UHGV virus genome: UHGV-0114729
Strand: one strand, 5' to 3'
From: a virus
DNA: 45,034 nt
In this document: positions 37,400 through 45,034 of the stretch, piece after piece
Layout of the letters: every line of letters begins with the position of its first letter
Position numbering within the stretch: position 1 is the first letter of the stretch
Translations under genes and position numbers: made by a program
Notes under the pieces: model-generated
What the model was told of the DNA's origin: nothing
The model's database searches: none
Seen by the model: the letters and a program-made list of their open reading frames with translations, nothing else

Positions 37400-37473
37400 T
37401 AATCAATACGCTAAATAAAACCATTCAACAATTTAGCATTTTGCTATTGCGCATAATTTAGCATCACGCTAAA
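37400..37473. promoter_or_regulatory. OL operator cluster and candidate PL promoter
   Basis: Three copies of the operator family, including TTTAGC-ATCAC-GCTAAA at 37457..37473. Confidence 0.6.
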
Positions 37474-37891
37474 TTTACCCCATCGAAACGAAACATCGAC
37501 AGCTGAGCGAAGTTAGCCAGCGGCGGACAGCAAGTCGCCTGCTTTTTAACAACATGCAGATTTACAGCGTCAATGACCTGTTAAGACCCCTACACGTAAA
37601 CGTGCTGTATCACCGGGTGCGATCCGGTCGGTGAGAGAGTATCCCCGCGCGAGAGCGAGAACGGCGTGAGAACGGGCAACACTGGCAGGGAGTTGGCGCT
37701 GACCAATACAGGGAATGTTATGGGCTGTGGTGAAGGGTTCATGGACGGGAATATGTCGCACGTAAAGCGGCGAGGCCCGAGGAGCTATTGCCGAAGATAA
37801 GTAGGCCGAATCGGGTCGAAATGGGTCTCCCACCTACCACATCGCCAAAGCATTTCTCCCGCATCAGCGGGTAACGACAGAGGGTAAGTCA

Positions 37892-38560
37892 ATGATTCGT
37901 CTTAACAACGAAATTAAAAATCAGCTATGCCATAACCTGCTTCTCGCATCCCCATTGTTTGAGAAAGCGAAAGCTGCGGTTAATGAGAGGGCGAAAATTG
38001 TTGAAGAAATTCGACAGGCATTGCTCAAGCAGGAAAACACTAGCGATGAGCAAATAACTAAGGCTCGGGAAGATTTCAAAGATAACTCCTTCATCAAGAT
38101 GCAGGTCGGCGCTAAAACTGCAATTTTAAAGGTCATTATTAATGGTGAGTATCACGAATTAGCCAGGAACGGTTTGGATCATCGCTATCGCCACCGTGGA
38201 AAACATATTGGTAAGCACGATCTTGAAAGCGACCTGTTCTTCGGAGCTTCCTTCGCGCCTGTAATTGATTCGGGTTTCGTTCCTGAAAGTTACAGCACGC
38301 TGAAGAAAGTTGGAAAATTACACGACCGACTCACTGAATCGACGGTAACCATCAACGTTCTTTACGATGAAGTTGATGCCTTCCAATTGCAGGTTAAAGG
38401 TGCTCTAACCAAAGTCTCAACTGTTAAAAAACTGGCTGAGATGTGGCCTGATGCAGTGCCATATTTGCCTGAGGTGGAACGCCGTGAAGCGACCAGCACC
38501 GCACTTGCCATTCCCGTTGAAACGCTAAACGCCCTTTGCGGCATACCAAAGAATGAATGA
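37892..38560 (+). CDS. Hypothetical protein, first gene downstream of PL (AT-rich cargo)
   Basis: 222-aa ORF with GAGGG RBS; lower GC than neighbours; followed at once by a strong terminator; contains overlapping RNGLDH and RHRGKH motifs. Confidence 0.6.
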   Translation: MIRLNNEIKNQLCHNLLLASPLFEKAKAAVNERAKIVEEIRQALLKQENTSDEQITKAREDFKDNSFIKMQVGAKTAILKVIINGEYHELARNGLDHRYRHRGKHIGKHDLESDLFFGASFAPVIDSGFVPESYSTLKKVGKLHDRLTESTVTINVLYDEVDAFQLQVKGALTKVSTVKKLAEMWPDAVPYLPEVERREATSTALAIPVETLNALCGIPKNE

Positions 38561-38562
38561 CC

Positions 38563-38582
38563 CGCTCCGGCGGGTTTTTTAT
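38563..38582 (+). terminator. Rho-independent terminator after the 222-aa gene
   Basis: CCCGC-TCCG-GCGGG followed by TTTTTTATC. Confidence 0.8.
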
Positions 38583-38721
38583 CGGCCATACATAGGCAGA
38601 TTTTCGAGTCTGCCCATTTATGACAACCGGCGGCCATCCACCGCCCATTGAAACACTGAATAAATGCGTTGAAGTCTTGTATTAACCGTTCCGTTCGCCG
38701 CGATAAGGCCAAGAGGAAATC

Positions 38722-38928
38722 ATGGTAAACCAGCACTACGGTACACAGACAGTAAACCGCGGCGCAGTTCAGCCGGGGATGCTCGTCAAACACAAGGATT
38801 CAACCTGGACGGCATCAGCTAATGCTCGTGGTCGTTTGTATCTGCATCGCGGCGTTGAGATGACTTACACCAGGGATTTGCTGGTTGAAGTTTATCTGAA
38901 CGGTCTGGGGCATGGACTCAGCCACTAG
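38722..38928 (+). CDS. Hypothetical small protein
   Basis: 68-aa ORF with AGAGGA RBS. Confidence 0.45.
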   Translation: MVNQHYGTQTVNRGAVQPGMLVKHKDSTWTASANARGRLYLHRGVEMTYTRDLLVEVYLNGLGHGLSH

Positions 38929-38939
38929 CGGAGGATGTC

Positions 38940-39101
38940 ATGTTAGACAAGAAATGCGGATATTGCGGCAAGCCGGTTAAAACGGAGGAAGTAATCAAGA
39001 GCACCCTTCTCTATCGCAACGGCTCACAGCTGGCGCGCAAAGAAAAAGAGTATTGCTCCAAACGTTGCGCTTCGCACGACCAGATGGCTCACGAAGGCTA
39101 A
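38940..39101 (+). CDS. Small zinc-ribbon protein
   Basis: Hand-translated 53-aa ORF MLDKKCGYCGKPV...EYCSKRCASHDQ with CxxC...CxxxC and GGAGGA RBS. Confidence 0.5.
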   Translation: MLDKKCGYCGKPVKTEEVIKSTLLYRNGSQLARKEKEYCSKRCASHDQMAHEG

Positions 39102-39240
39102 CGTAAAACCCGCGCAAGGCGGGATCTACGTCCGGTGGTACCGACCAAAGTTACACCGGAAACAACATTAAAACCAAAGTTAACCCAATGGGCGCTATCA
39201 ATGGTCCGGGGATTCTAACACCCAAAAAAGAGGATCTCAC

Positions 39241-42150
39241 ATGGAATTTTTCCATCTGATAAAAGCCAGTCAGAAGTCTGGTAAGAAAGATGCAGTGATT
39301 TGGTTCACTGCGAAAAGTGTAGCGCGCGCCAATCTCCAACTCGATGTGGCACTGGAAGAAGCCGGAATTGAAGAAACTGGCCGCGGTAAAGATTATGCCA
39401 AACCAATCCGCACCGATTTCCCGGTATATGACGACCTGCCGGAAGAAGGCGCAGTGGATTACACCTGGTGCGAACGCTACGAACTGCAGAACGATGACCG
39501 CACCTGGCTGCCAAAAGTCACAGCTGAAAACTCTGACGAGAAAACGGCTCAGACCGTTGATAGTCACATAACTACTGAGTCAACGCTGCCAGAAACCGCT
39601 GGCATCACGCTGGACGAACACGACGACGACTCAACCCTCTACCCGGTAGTGCAGATGCCGTTTCGTAAGCAACTGCTTTCCCAGTTCACCGCCGACGAAC
39701 TGCGCCACCACGTAACCCACGAAGAGTACGAAGCTATCGGCGCGCTGGAGATGGACACTGATAACAGTTACGTCCAGAACTTGCTGTTAGCTGCTGAGAA
39801 CTGCCCGGAAGTGAAGGGTTACGACACCAAAGACCTGTGGCGCTACACCGATGCCATTCGCAAAGTGTTCAGCCAGGACAAGCGTCACGAACTCGCGCTG
39901 GTACTCCGTTTCACCAGAATGTGGGCGGCGACTGATTACATTGACCGTGGCATCCTGGCGCGTGAATGGGCCGCCGGTAATCGCATCAGTAGTGTGCAGC
40001 GTACTGATTCCGGCACTAATGCCGACGGCGGTTACGTCACTGACCGTGGACCTGACGCACACCACACACTGGACACTCTCGATTTAGAGATTGCGTGTGC
40101 CCTTCTGCCTATGGACTTCAACCACTTCGAGATCCCGGGCAGCATTCTTCGTCGCGCTAAAGAAATCGTGACCAAAAAAGAAGAACCATGGAAATCATGG
40201 AGCAACATCCTGCGCAATCAGCCAGGCGTTCTGGGTGTTAACCGCACGGCTATTTTTAACCTGGTACGTATCGCACCGGAAAATATTCATTTAACTCCTG
40301 TCGCTCACCTGGAATTTGTTAACCAGACCATGACAGCCGCGTTCAATTCCGCGGTCGAGTTATTGCCGTTGCATGAGGCTGAACCCGCAACACAGGAAAT
40401 TCCCCAACCTGAAGGTAAGGAGTCTCCGCGCAAATCCTTCTGCACTCACGAAGAGAACCTGCAACGCGTGCGTGAAGAAGGAGCACGCCGCCGCGCAGAG
40501 GAAGCGGCAGCACAACAGCAGAAAGTCGAACAAGAACTGGTTAAAAATGTCGGCAACGGAATATTCGACGTTACGGCTTTGCTGCAGAACTCAGCAACTC
40601 ATGGCACGAAAAAGGCTACGGAGACCACCAGCAATGTGCAGGTTCAAGAAACTGTCAGTGATGAAAAACAAGCTGGTGATGAAGTACAGCTAGGCGAAAG
40701 CAGTCTGGAGTCTGGTGAAGAGTCACATCCCGGCCAGAAGGACGATGTAAACCAGAATACGGATTCTGTCGCCAAAAATAGCGATTCTGTAAGCCAAACC
40801 GAACCAGTTGCAGCACAAACCGAGCCAGAAGCGCAATCTGACGAACCAGCTGTTGTTTATCCCGCTTATTTCGAGCCAGGCCGCTATGAAGGGCTGCCAA
40901 ACGAGGTTTACCACGCCGCCAACGGCATCAGCTCAACCCAGGTGAAAGATGCGCGCGTTTCGCTGATGTACTTCAATGCGCGCCACGTAGAGAAAACCAT
41001 CGTCAAAGAGCGCTCAGCGGTGCTGGACATGGGCAACTTGGTGCATGCGCTGGCGTTGCAGCCTGAACTACTGGACGCAGAATTCAGCGTTGAACCGGTG
41101 ATCCCTGAAGGCGCATTCACAACGGCCGCGACCCTGCGCGCCTTTATCGATGAGCACAATGCCAGCCTGCCGGCGCTGCTGTCTGCCGACGACATCAAGG
41201 TGTTACTGGAAGAGTACAACGCCACCCTGCCGCCGCAGGTTCCGCTTGGCGCTAACCTGGAAGAAACGGCACAGAACTATATGGCGCTGCCAGCTGACTT
41301 CCAGCGTATTGATGGTGACCAGAAGCAGACGGCGACGGCAATGAAGGCATGCATTAAAGAGTACAACGCCACCCTGCCGCCGCCGGTTAAAACCAGCGGC
41401 AGCCGTGACGCGCTGCTGGAGCAGTTGGCAATCATCAACCCTGACCTTGTGGCTCAGGAAGCACAGAAACCGGCACCACTGAAAGTGTCCGGTACCAAAG
41501 CAGACATGATCCAGGCCGTGAAGGCAGTCAAACCAGATGCCGTATTTGCCGACGAACTGCTGGATGCCTGGCGCGATAACCCGGAAGGAAAAGTGCTGGT
41601 CACCCGCCAGCAGCTGAGCACCGCGCTGAATATTCAAAAAGCGCTTCTGGCACACCCGACCGCCGGCATGCTGCTGACCCACCCTAGCCGAGCCGTTGAG
41701 GTGAGCTACTTTGGTTTTGACGAGGAGACGGGCTTGGAAGTTCGTGTGCGCCCTGACCTTGAGATCGACCTGGATGGCGTGCGTATAGGTGCAGACCTGA
41801 AAACCATCAGCATGTGGAATGTTAAGCAGGAAAGCCTGCGCGCCAGGCTACACCGGGAAATTATTGAACGTGATTATCACCTGAGCGCGGCTATGTACTG
41901 CGAAACCGCAGCGCTGGATCAGTTCTTCTGGATTTTCGTCAACAAAGACGAGAACTACCACTGGATCGCCATCATCGAGGCATCCGCTGAACTACTGGAG
42001 CTGGGTATGCTCGAGTACCGCAAAGCGATGCGCAATATCGCAACCGGATTCGACACAGGTGAATGGCCAGCGCCAATCACTGCTGACTACACCGACGAAC
42101 TGAACGACTTCGACCTGCGCCGCCTTGAAGCGCTGCGTACTCAGGCATAA
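39241..42150 (+). CDS. recE: RecE-like exonuclease VIII (C-terminal PD-(D/E)XK nuclease domain)
   Basis: 969 aa; C-terminal YHAANGISSTQ...NLVHALA...YFGFDEETGLEVRVRPDL...GADLKT matches the RecE-type nuclease fold; followed by an annealase gene. Confidence 0.75.
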   Translation: MEFFHLIKASQKSGKKDAVIWFTAKSVARANLQLDVALEEAGIEETGRGKDYAKPIRTDFPVYDDLPEEGAVDYTWCERYELQNDDRTWLPKVTAENSDEKTAQTVDSHITTESTLPETAGITLDEHDDDSTLYPVVQMPFRKQLLSQFTADELRHHVTHEEYEAIGALEMDTDNSYVQNLLLAAENCPEVKGYDTKDLWRYTDAIRKVFSQDKRHELALVLRFTRMWAATDYIDRGILAREWAAGNRISSVQRTDSGTNADGGYVTDRGPDAHHTLDTLDLEIACALLPMDFNHFEIPGSILRRAKEIVTKKEEPWKSWSNILRNQPGVLGVNRTAIFNLVRIAPENIHLTPVAHLEFVNQTMTAAFNSAVELLPLHEAEPATQEIPQPEGKESPRKSFCTHEENLQRVREEGARRRAEEAAAQQQKVEQELVKNVGNGIFDVTALLQNSATHGTKKATETTSNVQVQETVSDEKQAGDEVQLGESSLESGEESHPGQKDDVNQNTDSVAKNSDSVSQTEPVAAQTEPEAQSDEPAVVYPAYFEPGRYEGLPNEVYHAANGISSTQVKDARVSLMYFNARHVEKTIVKERSAVLDMGNLVHALALQPELLDAEFSVEPVIPEGAFTTAATLRAFIDEHNASLPALLSADDIKVLLEEYNATLPPQVPLGANLEETAQNYMALPADFQRIDGDQKQTATAMKACIKEYNATLPPPVKTSGSRDALLEQLAIINPDLVAQEAQKPAPLKVSGTKADMIQAVKAVKPDAVFADELLDAWRDNPEGKVLVTRQQLSTALNIQKALLAHPTAGMLLTHPSRAVEVSYFGFDEETGLEVRVRPDLEIDLDGVRIGADLKTISMWNVKQESLRARLHREIIERDYHLSAAMYCETAALDQFFWIFVNKDENYHWIAIIEASAELLELGMLEYRKAMRNIATGFDTGEWPAPITADYTDELNDFDLRRLEALRTQA

Positions 42151-42155
42151 GGGGA

Positions 42156-43274
42156 ATGATGATGGAAAACACGAATATCGTAACCGCTGAGCAGCAGACT
42201 CCAAACACGATCTCAGCCAGCAATGCCATTTTCAACGTGCAGGCTTTAACCCAGCTTCAGTCTGTCGCCGGGTTGATGGCACAGGCAGCCGTAACGGTGC
42301 CTGAGCACCTCCGCGGCAATCCGGCAGACTGCATGGCCATCATCATGCAGGCGATGCAGTGGGGTATGAACCCTTACGCCGTGGCGCAAAAGACGCACCT
42401 GGTTAACGGTGTCCTGGGATACGAAGCGCAACTGGTTAATGCGGTGATCTCCAGCTCAAACGCCATCGTTGGCCGCTTTCACTATGAGTACGAGGGCGAC
42501 TGGTCGAAATGTGCCAGCAGCCGCGAGATAACCGTTAAAAAGCCTGCGAAAGGTGGCGGGACGTACGACAAGAAAGAAATGGTACGCGGTTGGGAAAGTG
42601 CTGATGAACAAGGACTGTCGGTACGGGTAGGTGCCGTTATTCGCGGTGAAAGTGATATCACCTGGGGAGAGCCTGTTTTCCTCTCCAGCGTAATCACACG
42701 TAATTCTCCACTTTGGGTATCAAACCCGAAACAGCAGATCGCTTATCTGGCACTCAAATACTGGGCGCGCCTGTATTGCCCTGCAGTTGTTCTTGGTGTG
42801 TACACCCCTGATGAGATTGAACAGCGCACAGAAAAAGAGATCAACCCAACGCCGCAACGCGTTAGCCTGGCTGATATCTCAGGTGACACCGTCACAACCA
42901 CGCAAAGCGCACAGGAATCGTCGGTAAATGTCGACTCTCTTGCCGATGATTTCCGCGAACGCATCGAATCTGCTCAGGACGTGGATAGCGCCAAATCGCT
43001 GCGTGCCGACATTGAAACGGCGAAAGCTACGCTGGGATCCGCACTATTCACCGAGCTGAAAAACAAAGCCGTAAAGCGTTATTACCTAGTGGATGCACGC
43101 AACAAGGTTGAGGAGGCTATTAAATCCCTGCCCCAGCCCGACGAGCCGCATGCAGCCGAACGGTTCGCTGAAGCCGAGCGCATGCTTGCATCTTCAAAGC
43201 GTCACTTAGGCGATGAACTGCACGATCAATTCAGCATCACCCTGGCGGATATGAAACCGGAATACGTGGCCTGA
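42156..43274 (+). CDS. recT: RecT/Red-beta family single-strand annealing protein
   Basis: 372 aa; N-terminal core resembles lambda Bet; follows the exonuclease after a 5-nt gap. Confidence 0.7.
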   Translation: MMMENTNIVTAEQQTPNTISASNAIFNVQALTQLQSVAGLMAQAAVTVPEHLRGNPADCMAIIMQAMQWGMNPYAVAQKTHLVNGVLGYEAQLVNAVISSSNAIVGRFHYEYEGDWSKCASSREITVKKPAKGGGTYDKKEMVRGWESADEQGLSVRVGAVIRGESDITWGEPVFLSSVITRNSPLWVSNPKQQIAYLALKYWARLYCPAVVLGVYTPDEIEQRTEKEINPTPQRVSLADISGDTVTTTQSAQESSVNVDSLADDFRERIESAQDVDSAKSLRADIETAKATLGSALFTELKNKAVKRYYLVDARNKVEEAIKSLPQPDEPHAAERFAEAERMLASSKRHLGDELHDQFSITLADMKPEYVA

Positions 43275-43312
43275 CGAGACCGGGAGGGGTAACCCTCCCT
43301 CAAGGAGATTAT

Positions 43313-43555
43313 ATGCGACTGATCAATCGAGGAAGTAAGCAATCACCTTTAGCTCGCCAAGCATGCGACATCGCGCTGGCAGCTCACTTGCAAACATATG
43401 GCGACTATGGGCGAAGCAAGATGAAAGAGACTTATACGGTGAAGGTTGAAGGCGTGAAAGTCTGGGTGGAGGTGGTGAACCGAAAGGCGAGCTACGTGGC
43501 CACAGCGATGACCGGCATGCGCCGTCTCCGCTCCCTGCCCGGGCAGGTTGGTTGA
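43313..43555 (+). CDS. Hypothetical small protein
   Basis: 80-aa ORF between recT and xis. Confidence 0.4.
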   Translation: MRLINRGSKQSPLARQACDIALAAHLQTYGDYGRSKMKETYTVKVEGVKVWVEVVNRKASYVATAMTGMRRLRSLPGQVG

Positions 43556-43794
43556 AAAAGATTTTGAATGGCCCGAACGGGCAACTGGAGAGAGCTATGG
43601 ATGATATTTTGGTAACGTCAGACCTGACCAGTCGCTACAAAATTTCACGCAAAACCCTTTGGTCATGGCAAAGTGCAGACACAATGCCTCGGGGCTTCGT
43701 ATGCCCGTTCCCACCCCCTGACTGGCCCGGCAACCCTAACCGCTGGCGCTCTGAGTCAATCAAAGAGTGGGAGGATAAAAAGAAGATAAATTAA
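43552..43794 (+). CDS. xis: AlpA-type excisionase / transcriptional regulator
   Basis: 80 aa; [19 protein letters not shown] typical of AlpA-family Xis; adjacent to the integrase. Confidence 0.65.
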
Positions 43795-44984
43795 CTGAAG
43801 GGCTCTCCGATGATCTCTTCAAGATGGCTCTGCCAAACGCGGAGCCAGTGTTTCTGATCATCGATATAGTCATGAAGGTTGTAATGCGCCATAACCCCCA
43901 CCATCTGATGCCCGAGCAGCTTTTCAATTACGTGCGGCGGGCAACCTAACTCAGAGAGATTTGTGGCTATCGTCCGCCTCATATCATGAAGCGACCACTC
44001 TGCCATACCTGTTCCATTCCAAATAGAACGGGCGTAATTGGATGCCACAGGTGAATGAACGGGCGAATCTTTGATCCCGCCATCAATTTTACGTTGTGAA
44101 GTCACCAGGTGATTGGTGTTTATTTTCTTGAGGTGATTTCTGACCAGGTTAACGGCGGCGTCTGAGAGTCCCCTTCTAATATGTACCCGAGTTTTATAAC
44201 TGCCCGCAGGCACGACCCACTCATTATCATCCAATCGAAACCATGATCTCTCACTAAGTCGAATCTCAGCCGTACGGCATCCGGTAAGCATAATAAATTT
44301 CACCAGGAAAACGGACTCTATCGACATATGGCTTTTCAACCACTGATAGATTTTGCGCAGATCGTCATCGTCCATCCTGCGAGTTCTCTTTTTAGGCTTT
44401 TGCCCGACATCAGATGGCAGTAATCCCTCGAGTGGGTTTGAGGCGATCACACTTCTGTTAACGCAGAACCTAAACGCCCGTTTGCACAGCGAAAGCATGT
44501 AATGAGCCATCACCCTGCTTTCTATAGAATCGAAGACGTTGATCCAGTGCATTTTCGCTGTGTTATCGACTTTGACATTCTTCATCGGTTCGGCGATATG
44601 TTTCTCAAACACCTGGCGATAGTAATCGACTTTAACTAGCCCGTTAGCGATACAGTGCCTTTCAATCCAGTAATTGAACGCTTCGGCAACGGACATCGCT
44701 TCCTGTCGGGTCTGCTTATCCAGCTTCACCTGCTCTCGCGGATCCAGTCCCTCAGTTAACCAGTTTCTGAATTGTTGGCGACGCTCTCTTGCCTGGGTGA
44801 TACTCATTGCAGGATAATCACCAACATTGAGTTTTACCGCTTTACCGGCCCAGCGATACCGATAGAAAAATGATATTTTTCCGGCCTGGCTGATTCTGGC
44901 GTTGAGCCCGTGCGAATCAGAAATAATCTCGATATCATCTCTTTTCTTGCCGAGCGCCTTCCTGAGCTTTGTGTCGGTGATCAT
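43791..44984 (-). CDS. int: Tyrosine integrase (P4-like)
   Basis: ORF 43791..45029; likely start MITDTKLRK at 44984; LHDMRRT and HYNLHDY catalytic region; N-terminal arm-binding-type domain. Confidence 0.9.
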
Positions 44985-45034
44985 TGAATGGGTACACATT
45001 TTTGTTTTTGGGTACACAAAAGTGTACACAAAGT

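Noticed and set aside
37570-37833. Minus-strand 87-aa ORF in the PL leader
   Set aside because: Antisense to the direction of PL transcription, no RBS, proline/arginine-rich composition typical of GC-rich shadow frames.
37480-37890. N-type antiterminator gene
   Set aside because: Searched the plus strand for a small arginine-rich ORF downstream of OL; only 16- and 26-aa frames without RBS were found.
38362-38793. Minus-strand 143-aa and 74-aa ORFs
   Set aside because: Antisense to the 222-aa gene and its terminator; no independent support.
39151-41682. Several minus-strand ORFs inside the recE-like gene
   Set aside because: All antisense to a 969-aa ORF with clear domain content.
43791-45029. 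Integrase start at 45029 (first codon of the track ORF)
   Set aside because: That codon is GTG inside the GGTACACA repeat region; P4-type integrases typically begin M-x-LTDTK, supporting the ATG at 44984.

Overview
The window is essentially one near-complete lambdoid prophage (about 45 kb), laid out in reverse relative to the lambda map. Calls rest on reading the six-frame translations against remembered lambda-family proteins and on motifs visible in the DNA; no database search was run. From high to low coordinates: a P4-type tyrosine integrase converging on an AlpA-type excisionase; a RecE-like exonuclease and RecT/Red-beta-like annealase; a PL-side region with an AT-rich 222-aa gene of unknown function; the immunity region (LexA-like cI, divergent Cro-like and YdaT-like genes, operators of form TTTAGC-N5-GCTAAA on both sides of cI); replication genes (O-like initiator with internal iterons, DnaC-like loader); a nin region (NinB, NinE, Ser/Thr phosphatase, YbcO-like, RusA); antiterminator Q; an AT-rich moron between Q and the lysis genes; a pinholin / SAR-endolysin / Rz / embedded Rz1 cassette; a second AT-rich gene between Rz and cos; a lambda-like cosN; and a lambda-collinear morphogenesis block Nu1-A-W-B-C-D-E-FI-FII-Z-U-V-G/T-H-M-L-K-I-J. 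Head and tail-shaft proteins are very close to lambda, whereas J and everything downstream are divergent, so the host-range module looks mosaic. The low-coordinate end carries a tail-fibre gene whose C-terminus lies inside a Gin-type invertible segment bounded by gix-like inverted repeats, next to a Gin/Pin-family invertase. I could not recognise a multi-gene system of known defence architecture. The best candidates for undescribed accessory functions are four AT-rich, self-contained cargo loci (Q-S gene, Rz-cos gene, PL-proximal gene, nin-region module); three of the encoded proteins carry a short R-[NDH]-x3-H motif of the kind found in HEPN RNases, but that motif is too short to be conclusive.
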